Shown: in pieces, positions 23,726 to 35,900 of the stretch
How the letters are laid out: every line of letters starts with the position of its first letter
How positions within the stretch are numbered: position 1 is the first letter of the stretch
Assembly (NCBI GenBank): GCA_030390025.1
Contig: CM059431.1
Location: forward strand, 142,354,001-142,418,000
Direction of reading: 5' to 3'
Length of the DNA: 64,000 nt
DNA from: Squalus acanthias
Lineage: Eukaryota
The notes under the pieces: generated by a model
Database searches by the model: none
What the model was told of the DNA's origin: nothing
What the model saw: the letters and a program-made list of their open reading frames with translations, nothing else
Made by a program: the position numbers and the translations under genes

Positions 23726-24557
23726 CAATGAGATCCTCAATGAGATCCCCTCTCGTTCTTCTAAACTCTAGTGAATAAAGGCCTAGTCGACCCAATCCCT
23801 CCTCGTACGACAGTCTTGCCATCCCAGAAATCATTCTGGTGAACCTTCGCTGTACTTCCTATTTGGCAAGTATATCCTTTCTTCGGTAAGGAGACCAAAA
23901 CTGCACTCAGTACTCCAGGTGTGTTCTCACCAAGGCCCTGTATAACTGTAGTGTGACATCCTTGCTCCTGTACTCAAATCCTCTTGCAATGAAGGCCAAC
24001 ATTCCATTTGCCTTCCTAACTGCTTGCTGCACCTGCATGTTTGCTTTCAGTGACTGGTGTACAAGGACACCCAGGTCCCTTTGTACATCAACATTTCCCA
24101 ATCTACCACAATTTCAATAATACTCTGCCTTTCTGTTTTTTTCCTACCAAAGTGAATTACTTCACATGTATCCACGTTATACTGCATCTGCCATGTATTT
24201 GCCCACTCACTCAACTTTTCTGAAACGCCTTGAAGCCTCTTTGCATCCTCCTCACAACTCACTGTCCCACCAAGCTTCGTCTCGTATGCAAACTTGGGAA
24301 TTTTACATTTGGTTCCCTCATCCAAATCATTGATATACATTGTGAATAGCTGGGGCCCAGCACTGATAATTGCGATACCCTACTAGTCACCGCCAGCCAG
24401 CCCAAAAAAGACCCATTTATTCCTACTCTCTATTTCCTGTCTGTTAACAAATTTTCAACCCATGCCAGTATATTTCCCCCAATCCCATGCGATTTAATTT
24501 TGCACACTAACCTCTTATGTGGGATTTTATCAAAGGCCTTCTTAAAATCCAAATAGT
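23726..24557 (-). mobile_element. CR1 RT region (continuation of host 22590-22988)
   Basis: YLDFKKAFDKIPH, YINDLDEGTKC, GNVDVQRDLGVLVHQSLK. Confidence 0.88.
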
Positions 24558-25345
24558 CATCCACTTTGGAGCTAAAAAGAATAGAACCGGGTATTTTAAA
24601 AATGGTTAAAGCTAAAATTAGTTCAGGTCCAAAGACACGAGGGGGGTCCAGATTCATAGATCATTAAAATGTCATGAACAGGTACAGAAAATAATCAAAA
24701 AGGCTGATGGGATGCTGGCCTTTATATCTGGAGGAGTAGAATACAAAGGGGTAGAGGTTAAGCTGCAGCTGTACAAAAACCTAGTTAGACCACACCTGGA
24801 GTACTGTGAGCAGTTCTGGGCACCACACCTTAGGAAGGATATATTGGACTTGGAGGGAGTGCAGCGTAGATTTACCAGAATGATATCCGGACTTCAATGT
24901 TTAAGTCACGAGGAGAGATTGCACACATTGGGGTTGTCGTCCCTCGAAATTAGAAGGTTAAGGGTTGATCTTATCGAAGTTTTCAAGATATTAAGGGGAA
25001 CAGATAGGGTAAATAGAGAGCAACTATTTCTGCTGGTTGGAGATTCTAGGATTAGTGGGCATAATCAAAAAATTATGGCCAGACCTTTCAGGAGTGAAAT
25101 TTGGAAACACTTCTGCAGACAAAAGGCGTTAAAGTTTGGAACTCTCTTCCTTAAAGGGCAGTTGATGCTAGGTCAATTCTTAATTTTACATTGGAGATTG
25201 ATAGCTTTTTGTTAACCAACGGTATTAATGGATATGGATAAAAGATGGGGATGTGGAGTTAGGTCGCAGATCAGTCATGATCTCATTGAAAGTTGGAACA
25301 GTCTCGAGGAGCTCAATGGCCTACTCCTGTTCCTATGTTCCTAAT
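24558..25345 (+). mobile_element. 5'-truncated CR1 LINE with TTCCTATG-type tail; same subfamily as the satellite-donor copy at 29578
   Basis: HFG...RSLKCHEQVQKIIKKADGMLAFISGGVEYKG; ORF 24712-25215; tail ctactcctgttcctatgttccta. Confidence 0.9.
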
Positions 25346-25699
25346 GGAACCAGAGATCACAGTTGTGATGGAAAGTCGCCCTGTGCTAGGAGATCAATCT
25401 CTATTAGAAAGTTACCTTTTTCTTTCCAAGTGATGTGTACAGAGTATTCTTTAAGAGAGTGCTTCTAATCAGAGTTTTAAATTTGGGAATTTGGAGTGTT
25501 TGGGAATTCGGAACAGAGGAGGAAAGTGGGGTTGATTTTTGCCTCCAATACTTGGAGTGCTTTATGTTACAGGTAAATGTTTAATTTTATCTACATAGAA
25601 CTTAAACTAGATCTAGCAATTAGCTAAAGCAAAACTATAAGCTAAGAAAATTAAAAGCATAAATTTTAGTTCACTATATAAATAAAACAAGGTTATAAA

Positions 25700-26378
25700 G
25701 TGAGGGCAGCGCAGGTGGAGTGCCGCAACTGCAGCTTGTGGGAGTTAGTGGAGCGCATTGTGATCCCGGACAACCACGTTTGCGGTAAGTGCCTGCAACT
25801 TGAGGAACTTCAGCTCAGAGTTTTTGAGCAGGAGTCTGAGGTGCAGACATTGTGGGACATCCGGTAAGGGGAGTGCTATATGGACAATTTGATCCAGGAG
25901 GTAGTCGCACCTCTTAGGTTAGGTAGTGGTACAGGTCTGGTTAGTGGTCATGGCTGGGAGTGTGTGACTGCAATGCAGGCAGGTAAGAGGACACCAGGTG
26001 CAGTGCTGGAGGAGCCTCAGCCTTTGCCCTTGTCCAACAGGTATGAGGTTCTTGCTGCCTTTGTGGATGAGGACAAAGTCTGCAGAGTGGATGAACAAAC
26101 TGACCACGGCAACATGACACAGGAGGCCATTCAAGTGGGGGGAGTGAAAAGGAATTTAGAGGACAGTATAGTCAGGAGGATTGCTTCTGCTCTTTGTAGC
26201 TGCGACAGCGAGTTCCGAAGGCTTTGTTGCCTGCCCGGTGCCAGGGTTAAGGATATCTCCTCGCGGCTGGAGAAGAATTTTGAGTGGGAGTGGGAGGATC
26301 CAGTTTACATTTTCCAAGTAGGAAGCAGGGACATAGGTAGAACTAGGAATGAGGTTCTGCTGAATGAGTTTGAGGAGC
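25700..26378 (+). pseudogene. CR1 ORF1 remnant: C4 zinc finger/coiled coil + SGNH esterase N-terminal part
   Basis: VECRNCSLWE...HVCGKCLQLEELQLRV (one in-frame stop), LSNRYEVL, EDSIVR (GDS motif), CCLPGARVKD, VGSRDIG. Confidence 0.88.
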
Positions 26379-28800
26379 AGATTTGGAAAATAAGTTACTC
26401 AGCTGCTCAAGAACTATAGCCAAGTGACAATGCGAGACTTTAACTAACCCATTATTGAATGGGGCAGTGATTGTGTTAAGGGCAGTGAACGGGAGGAATT
26501 TCTGAAGTGTTTGCAGGAGAATTTTATTGATCATTATGTTTCCTGCCCAATGAAAAATGAAGGATTGCTGGGTGTAATCCTGGGGAATGAACTTTGTCAA
26601 GTGGAGAATGTTACAGTTGGAGTGAATCTCACGAAGAGTGATAATTATATCATAAGTTGCATATTCGTTATGGAAAAGGACAAGGTACAATCTAGAATTG
26701 AAACGAACCTTAACTGCGGAAGGGCTACTCTCAGCGAACTGAGGAGGGATCTGTCCCGGGTAAATTGGAGTCTAATATTGGCAGGCAGAAATGTAATGGA
26801 GCAATGGGCGGCCTTTAAAGAGGAGATGGTTCGGGAACAGTCCAAATACATTCCTACAAGTGGGAAAGGAAGGCCAACTAAAGCCAGAGTTCACTGGATG
26901 ACGAAGGTGTTAGAGAGTAGTATGGAGCAGAAAAGGGGGCGTATGACAGATGTCAGCTTGATAATACAAGCGGATTCAGGCTGAATATAAACAGGTTCAG
27001 AGGAGAATTGAAAAAGGATATAAGAAGAGCAAAGAGACAGTACAAGAATAGAATGGCGGCTAACATAAAAGGGAATGCAAAGGTCATCTATAGGCATATT
27101 AACAGTAAAAGGGTTGTCAGAGGACCAGTGGGGCCGATTAGAGACCAAAATGGAGAACTATCGGTGGAGGCAGAAGGCATGGCTGAGGTAGTAAATTAAT
27201 ACTTTGCATCGTTGTTTACCAAGTAAGAGGGATTTCCCAAAGATATGGTAAACGAGGAGGCTGCTGGAACACTGGGTGAGATACAAGTAGATAAAGATGC
27301 GATACTAGAAAGGCTGGCGGTACTTAGAGTGGATAAGTGACCCGGTCCGGGTGGGATGCATCCTAGGATGTTGAGGGAAGTAAGGGTAGGAATTGCGGAG
27401 GAGCTCGCCACAATCTTCCAATCCTTCTTAGAGACGGGCTGCTGCCAAAATGACTGGACGATTGTAAATCTTACACCATTGTACAAAAAAGGGGAGAAAA
27501 ATAAACCTGGCAATTACACACCAGTCAGTTTAACGTCGATGGCGGGGAAGCTTTTAGAAACAATAATCCGGAGAATATTAGCAGCTACTTAGACAAGCAT
27601 AGATTAAAAAAGGAGACTGAGCACCGATTTATTAAGGGGAAATCGTGTTTTACTAACTCGATTAAGTTGGTTGAAGAGGTAACAGAGAGGGTTGATGAGG
27701 ACAGTGCAGTTGATGCTGTGTATATGGACTTCTATAACGCGGTTGAAAAAAATACCAATAATTAGGCTTGTTAGCAAAAATGAAGCCCAAGGGATAAAAG
27801 GGGCAGTAGCAGCATGAATAAAAAAACTGACTAAGAGACAGAAAGTAGAGAATTGTTGTGAATGGTTATTTGTAGGACTGGAGGCAGGTATAGAGTGACG
27901 TTTCCCAATGTTCAGTACTGGGACCACTGTTGTTTTTGATTCACATTAATTACTTGGATTTGGAGGTACTGGGCACAATTTCGAAATTTTCAGACAGCAC
28001 GAAACTTGTAAGTGTAGTGAACAGTCAGGAAGATAGTTTTAGACTTCAAGAGAACATAGACAGACTGGTGGAAGGACGGTAACATGACAGATAAAATTCA
28101 GCGGAAGAATGTCTAAGGTGAAACAATTTGGTACGAGGATGAGGAGAGACCATACGTACTAAACGGTACAATGTTAAAGTGGGTGCAAGAACAGAGAGAC
28201 CTGGGGGAGTTTTCACAAATGGTTGGACTGGACAAGTTAACAAAGCAGTTAATAAAGGACAAGGGATCCTTAGCTGTATAAATAGAGCCATGGAGTACAC
28301 AAGCCAAGAAGTTACTCTAAACCTGTATAAAACATCAGGTCGGCCCCAGCTGGAGAACTGTATCCAATTCTGGGAACAACACTTTAGGAATGACTTAAAG
28401 GCTTTGGAGAGGCTAAAGAAGAGATTTACTAGAACGGCTCCAGTGATAAAGGAAATACAGTTACGTGGTTAGACTGTAGAAGTTGGGTTTGTTCTCCTTA
28501 GAGCAGAGAAGGACAAGAGAATATTTCATAGAGGTGTTTAAAATCATGAAGGGTTCAGATAGAGTACATGGAAAGTAACTGTTTACAATGGCTGAAGGGT
28601 CGATAACCAGAAGGAACAGATTAAATGTGATTGGCAAAATAAACAGAATCTACTTGAGGAAAAAACTTTTTTCGCAACGAGTGGTTTGGATTTGAAATGT
28701 ACTGCCTGATACGGGGTGAATATAGATTCAATTGTAGCCTTCAAAAGCGTATTGGAAAAAAGCTTGAAGGAGAAAAACATAGCAGGGATATCGGGAAAGA
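26379..28800 (+). pseudogene. CR1 ORF2 remnant (endonuclease C-terminus, tether, RT), many stops
   Basis: DFN, SDNYII, HPRMLRE, GNYTPVSLTS. The RT catalytic motif has decayed to KFSDSTK. Confidence 0.88.
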
Positions 28801-28847
28801 GCGGGGGAGTTGGACTAACTAGATTGCTTTGCGAAAGAGCCGACACA

Positions 28848-29391
28848 AAGAAACATAGAAGCATAGAAACATAGAAGATAGGAGCAGGAGTAGGCCATTC
28901 GGCCCCTCGCGCCTGCTCCACCATTCGATGAGATCATGGCTGATCATCTAAACTCAGTACCCTGTCCCTGCCTTCTCCCCATATCCCTTGATACTTTTAG
29001 CCTTAAGAAATATATCTAACTCCTCTTGAATATATTTACTGACTTGGCCTCAACTGCTTTCTGTGGTAGAGAATTCCAAAGGTTCACCACTCTCTGGGTG
29101 AAGAAATTCCTCCTCATCTCTGTCCTAAATGGCTTACCCCTTATCTTTAGACTATGACCTCTTGTTCTGGACTCACCCACCATCGGGAACATCCTTCCTG
29201 CATCCAGTCGGTCTAGCCCTGTTAGAATTTTATAAGTTTAAATGAGATCTCCTCTCATTCTTCTGAACTCCAGCGAGTATAAGCCCAATCGACCCAATCT
29301 CTCCTCGTACGTCATTCCTGCCATCCCAGGTATCAGTCTGGTGAATCTTCGCTGCACACCCTCCATGGCAAGAACATCCTTCCTCAGATAA
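28848..29391 (-). mobile_element. Nested 5'-truncated CR1 3' fragment with 6-bp TSD
   Basis: Tail aagaaacatagaagcatagaaacatagaag; closely similar to 22989-23520; flanked by gacaca at 28842-28847 and 29392-29397. Confidence 0.92.
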
Positions 29392-29577
29392 GACACAGAC
29401 CCGATGGGCCGTATGGCCTCCTTCTGTGCTGTACTCTTCTAAGATTCTATGATCCTATGAGAGAAACGAGATTTGCTTTGATAACGCAATGCCCAAATGA
29501 CAACCCATGTTACAATATTTCCTCAGTTGTTACATCTAAACAGTAATCATGATTATAAGAATGGTATCGGCTTCCTA

Positions 29578-29978
29578 CTAGGAACATAAGAGCAAGAGTA
29601 GGCCATTTGGCCCCTCGAGCCTATTGCGCCATTCAATGAGATAATGGTCGATCTGGAACCTAATTCCGTATACCCGCCTATACCCAATATAATATAAATC
29701 TGTCAATTTCTGTTTTAAAATTCACATTTACAATCCCTTCTTGGCCGATATGACCTTCCTAAGGTGTGGTGCCCAGAACGGAACACAGTACTCCAGGTGT
29801 GGCCTAACGAGGGCTTCGTATAGATGTAACATAACTTCGACCCCATGTATTCTAGTCTTCTAGATAGAACGCCCAGCATTTCATTAGTCTTTTTGATTCG
29901 TGTCTGTACCTGTCCATGAAAATTTTACCATCTATGTACATGGACCCCGAATGCTCTTTGGAACTCCACTGTTACTAG
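29578..29978 (-). mobile_element. CR1 LINE 3' fragment (internally deleted) that runs directly into the 23-bp satellite
   Basis: Tail taggaacataagagcaagagtagg. The minus strand reads [44 protein letters not shown], then [19 protein letters not shown]. Confidence 0.9.
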
Positions 29979-32900
29979 CTTCGGACCTCCACTGTTTCTA
30001 ACTTTGGACCTCCACTGTTTCTAGCTTTGGATCTTCACTGTTTCCAGCTTTGCATCTCCACTGTTTCTAGCTTTGGACCTTCACTGTTTCTAGCATTGGA
30101 ACTCCACTCTTTCTAGCTTTGGACCTTCACTGTTTCTAGCTTTAGACCTTCACAGTTTCTAGCTTTGGACCTTCACTGTTTCTAGGTTTGGACCATCACT
30201 GTTTCTAGATTTGTATCTCCACTATTTCTAGTTTTGGACCTTCACTGTTTCTAGCTTTGGACCTCGACTGTTTCTAGCTTTGCACCTCCACTCTTTCTAA
30301 CTTTGGACCTTCACTGTTTACAGATTTGGACCTTCACAGTTTCTAGCTTTGGACCTTCACTGTTTCTAGCTTTGGATCTCCACTCTTTCTAACTTTGGAC
30401 CTCCACTGATTCTGGCTTTGGATCTCCACTCTTTCTAGTTTTGGACCTCCACTGTTTCAAGCTTTGGACCTACACTGTTTCAAGCTTTGGACCTTCACTG
30501 TTTCGAGCTTTGGACCTTCACTGTTTCTAGTTTTGGACCTTCACCGTTTCTAACTTTGGAACTTCACTGTTTCTAGCTTTGGACCACCACTGTTTCAAGC
30601 TTTGGAACTTCACAGTTTCTAGCTTTGGACCTTCATTGTTTCTAGCTTTGGACCTCCGTTGTTTCTAGCTTTGGACCTTCACTGTTTCCAGCTTTGTATC
30701 TCCACTGTTTCTAGATTTGGAGCTCCACTGTTTCTAGCTTTGGAGCTCCACGGTTTCCAGCTTTGTATCTCCACTGTTTCTAACTTTGGACCTCCAATGT
30801 TTCTAGCATTCGACCTACACTTTTTCTAGCTTTGGACCACCACTGTGTCTAGCTTTGGAACTCTACTGTTTCCAGCTTTGGTCCGCCACTGTTTCTAGCT
30901 TTGGATCTCCACTGTTTCTAGCTTTGGATCTCCACTGTTTCTAGCTTTGTACATTCACTATTTATAGATTTGGACCACCACTGTTTCTAGCTTTGGATCT
31001 CCACTGTTTCTAGCTTTGGACCTTCTGTCTTTCTAGATTTGGACCTCCACTGTTTCTAGCTTTGGACATTCAATCTTTCTAGCTTTGGATCTCCACTGTT
31101 TCTAGCTTTGATCCTCCACTCTTTCTAGCTTTGGACCTTCACTGTTTCTACCTTTGGACCTCCACTGTTTCCAGCTTTGGCTCTCCTCTCTTTCTAGCTT
31201 TGGACCTTCACTCTTTCTAGCTTTGGACCTTCACTGTTTCTAGCTTTGGATCCTCACTGTTTCTAGCTTTGGACCTTCATTGTTTTAGCTTTGGACATCC
31301 ACTGTTTCTAGTATTTGACCTCCACTGTTTCTAGCTTTGGACCCTCACTGTTTCTAGCTTTGGACCTTCACTGTTTCTAGCTTTGGACCTCCAATGTTTC
31401 TAGCTTTTGACCTTCACTGTTTCCAGCTTTGTATCTCCACTGTTTCTAGCTTTGGAGCTCCACTGTTTCTAGCTTTGGACCTTCACTGTTTCCAGCATTG
31501 TATCTCCACTGCTTCTAACTTTGGACCTCCACTGTTTCTAGCATTGGACCCTCACTGTTTCTGGCTTTGGACCTCCACTGTTTCTAGCTTTGGAGCTCCA
31601 GTGTTTCTAGCTTTGGTCCACCAGAGTTTCTAGCTCTGGATCTCCACTGTTTTTTGCTTTGGATCTCCACTGTTTCTAGCTTTGTACCTTCACAGTTTCT
31701 ACCTTCGGACCTCCACTGTTTCTAGCTTTGGATCTCCACTGTTTCTAGCTTTGGACCTTCACTCTTTCTAGCTTTGGACCTCCACTGTTTCTAGCATTGG
31801 ACCTTCACTGTTTCTAGCTTTGGATCTCCAGTGTTTCTAGCTTTGGACCTCCACTCTTTCTAGCTTTGGAAATTCAGTTTCTAGCTTTGGACCTTCGCAT
31901 TTTCTAGCTTTGGCCCTCCACTGTTTCGAGCATTGGATATCCATTTTTTCTATCATTGGACATTCACTCTTCCTAGCTTTGGATCTCCACTGTTTCTAGC
32001 TTTGTCCTTCACACCTTCTAGCTTTGGACCTTCATTGTTTCTACCTTTGGACCTCCACTGTTTATTGCTTTGGATCTCCTCTCTTTCTAGTTTTGGACCT
32101 TCACTCTTTCTTGCTTTGGAACTTCACTGTTTCTAGCTTTGGATCTTCACTGTTTCTAGCTTTGGACCCTCACAGTTTCTAGCTTTGAACATCCAATGTT
32201 TCTAGCTTTGAACCTTCACAGTTTCTAGCTTTGGATCTTCACAGTTTCTAGCTTTGGACCTCCACTGTTTCCAGCTTTGGACATTCACTGTTTCTAGCTT
32301 TGGACCTTTACAGTTTCTAGCTTTGGACCTCCACTGTTTCTAGCTTTGGACCTCCACTGTGTCTAGCTTTGGACCTTCACTGTTTCGAGCTTTGGATCTT
32401 CACAGTTTCTAGCTTTGGAACTTCACTGTTTCTAGCTTTGGAACTTCACTGTTTCTAGCTTTGGACCACCACTATTTCTAGCGTTGGACCTTCACAGTTT
32501 CTAGCTTTGGACCTTCACTGTTTCTAGCTTTAGACCATCACAGTTTCTAGGTTTGGACCTTCTCTGTTTCTAGCTTTGGACATTCACTGTTAAGAGCGTT
32601 GGACCTTCACTGTTTCTAGCTTTGGACCTTCACTGTTTCCAGCTTTGTATCTCCACTGTTTCTAACTTTGGACCTCCACTGTTTCTAGCATTGGACCTTC
32701 ACTGTTTTTGGCTTTGGACCTCCACTGTTTCTAGAGTTGGAGCTCCACTGTTTCTAGCTTTGGTCCACCACAGTTTCTAGCTTTGGATCTCCACTGTTTC
32801 TAGCTTTGGACCTCCACTGTTTCTAGCATTGGACCTTCACTGTTTCTAGCTTTGGATCTCAACTGTTTCTGGCTTTGGACTTCCACTGTTTCGAGCATTG

Positions 32901-35900
32901 GATCTCCATTTTTGTCTAGCATTGGCCTTGCACTCTTTCTAGCTTTGGATCTCCACTGTTTCTAGCTTTGTCCTTCACACTTTCTAGCTTTGGACCTTCA
33001 CTGTTTCTACCATTGGACCTCCACTGTTTCTTGCTTTAGATCTCCTCTCTTTCTAGTTTTGGACCTTCATTCTTTCTTGCTGTGGAACTTCACTGTTTCT
33101 AGCTTTGGATCTTTACTGTTTCTAGCTTTGGACCTTCACAGTTTCTAGCATTGAACCTCAACTGTTTCTAGCTTTGGACCATCACAGTTTCTAGCTTTGA
33201 ATCTTCAAAGTTTCTAGCTTTGGACCTCCACTGTTTCTAGCTTTGGACCTACACTCCTTCTAGCTTTGGACATTCAATCTTTCTAGCTTTGGATCTCCAC
33301 TGTTTCTAGCTTTGATCCTCCACTGTTTCTAGCATTGGATCTCCACTGTTTCTAGCATTGGACATTCACTTTTTCTAACTTTGGATCTCCACTGTTTCTA
33401 GCTTTGGACCTTCACTCTTTCTAGCTTTGGACCTTCACTGTTTCTACCTTTGGACCTCCACTGTTTCTAACTTTGTACATTCACAGTTTCTAGCTTCGGA
33501 CCACCACTGTTTCTAGCTTTGGATCTCCACTGTTTCTAGCTTTGGACCTTCTGTCTTTCTAGATTTGGACCTCCACTGTTTCTAGCTTTGGACATTCAAT
33601 CTTTCTAGCTTTGGATCTCCACTGTTTCTAGCTTTGATCCTCCACCCTTTCTAGCTTTGGACCTTCACTGTTTCTACCTTTGGACCTCCACTGTTTCCAG
33701 ATTGGATCTCCTCTCTTTCTAGCTTTGGACCTTCACTCTTTCTAGCTTTGGACCTTCACTGTTTCTAGCTTTGGATCCTCACTGTTTCTAGCTTTGGACC
33801 TTCACTGTTTTAGCTTTGGACATCCACTGTTTCTAGTATTTGACCTCCACTGTTTCTAGCTTTGGACCTTCACTGTTTCTAGCTTTGGACCTTCGCTGTT
33901 TCTAGCTTTGGACCTCCACTGTTTCTAGCTTTTGACCTTCACTGTTTCCAGCTTTGTATCTCCACTGTTTCTAGCTTTGGAGCTCCACTGTTTCTAGCTT
34001 TGGACCTTCACTGTTTCCAGCATTGTATCTCCACTGCTTCTAAGTTTGGACCTCCACTGTTTCTAGCATTGGACCCTCACTGTTTCTGGCTTTGGACCTC
34101 CACTGTTTCTAGCTTTGGAGCTCCACTGTTTCTAGCTTTGGTCCACCAGAGTTTCTAGCTCTGGATCTCCACTGTTTCTAGCTTTGGATCTCCACTGTTT
34201 CTAGCTTTGTACCTTCACAGTTTCTAGCTTCGGACCTCCACTGTTTCTAGCTTTGGATCTCCACTGTTTATAGCTTTGGACCTTCACTCTTTCTAGCTTT
34301 GGACCTCCACTGTTTCTAGCATAGGACCTTCACTGTTTCTAGCTTTGGATCTCCAGTGTTTCTAGCTTTGGACCTCCACTCTTTCTAGCTTTGGAAATTC
34401 ACAGTTTCTAGCTTTGGACCTTCGCATTTTCTAGCTTTGGCCCTCCACTGTTTCGAGCATTGGATATCCATTTTTTCTATCATTGGACATTCACTCTTCC
34501 TAGCTTTGGATCTCCACTGTTTCTAGCTTTGTCCTTCACACTTTCTAGCTTTGGACCTTCATTGTTTCTACCTTTGGTCTACCACTGTTTATTGCTTTGG
34601 ATCTCCTCTCTTTCTAGTTTTGGACCTTCACTCTTTCTTGCTTTGGAACTTCACTGTTTCTAGCTTTGGATCTTCACTGTTTCTAGCTTTGGACCCTCAC
34701 AGTTTCTAGCTTTGAACATCCAATGTTTCTAGCTTTGAACCTTCACAGTTTCTAGCTTTGGATCTTCACAGTTTCTAGCTTTGGACCTCCACTGTTTCCA
34801 GCTTTGGACATTCACTGTTTCTAGCTTTGGACCTTTACAGTTTCTAGCTTTGGACCTCCACTGTTTCTAGCTTTGGACCTCCACTGTGTGTAGCTTTGGA
34901 TCTTCACTGTTTCGAGCTTTGGATCTTCACAGTTTCTAGCTTTGGACCTTCACTGTTTCTAGCTTTGGAACTTCACTGTTTCTAGCTTTGGACCACCACT
35001 GTTTCTAGCGTTGGACCTTCACAGTTTCTCGCTTTGGACCTTCACTGTTTCTAGCTTTAGACCGTCACAGTTTCTAGGTTTGGACCTTCACTGTTTCTAG
35101 CTTTGGACATTCACTGTTAAGAGCGTTGGACCTTCACTGTTTCTAGCTTTGGACCTTCACTGTTTCCAGCTTTGATCCTCCACTGTTTCTAACATTGGAT
35201 CTCCACTGTTTCTAGCATTGGACATTCACTTTTTCTAACTTTGGATCTCCACTGTTTCTAGCTTTGGACCTTCACTCGTTCTAGCTTTGGACCTTCACTG
35301 TTTCTACCTTTGGACCTCCACTGTTTCTAGCTTTGTACATTCACAGTTTCTAGCTTTGGACCACCACTGTTTCTAGCTTTGGATCTCCACTGTTTCTAGC
35401 TTTGGACCTTCTGTCTTCTAGATTTGGACCTCCACTGTTTCTAGCTTTGGACATTCAATCTTTCTAGCTTTGGATAACCACTGTTTCTAGCTTTGATCCT
35501 CCACTCTTTCTAGCTTTGGACCTTCACTGTTTCTACCTTTGGACCTCCACTGTTTCCAGATTGGATCTTCTCTCTTTCTAGCTTTGGACCTTCACTCTTT
35601 CTAGCTTTGGACCTTCACTCTTTCTAGTTTGGATCCTCACTGTTTCTAGCTTTGGACCTTCACTGTTTTAGCTTTGGACATCCACTGTTTCTAGTATTTG
35701 ACCTCCACTGTTTCTAGCTTTGGACCTTCACTGTTTCTAGCTTTGGACCTTCACTGTTTCTAGCTTTGGACCTCCACTGTTTCTAGCTTTTGACCTTCAC
35801 TGTTTCCAGCTTTGTATCTCCACTGCTTCTAACTTTGGACCTCCACTGTTTCTAGCATTGGACCCTCACTGTTTCTGGCTTTGGACCTCCACTGTTTCTA

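Larger units (their letters stand above)
25346..29460 (+). mobile_element. Near full-length but inactive CR1 LINE (putative 5' UTR, ORF1, ORF2, 3' UTR, tail) with an internal deletion and a nested insertion
   Basis: Collinear ORF1 and ORF2 remnants. The 3' UTR is split at 28847/29392. Tail ttctaagattctatgatcctatga at about 29437-29460. The 5' boundary is approximate. Confidence 0.88.

Noticed and set aside
24430..24720. Twin-priming 5' inversion at the divergent LINE junction near 24557
   Set aside because: The two arms overlap in ORF2 coordinates, have their own 3' tails and look like different subfamilies, so they are independent insertions.
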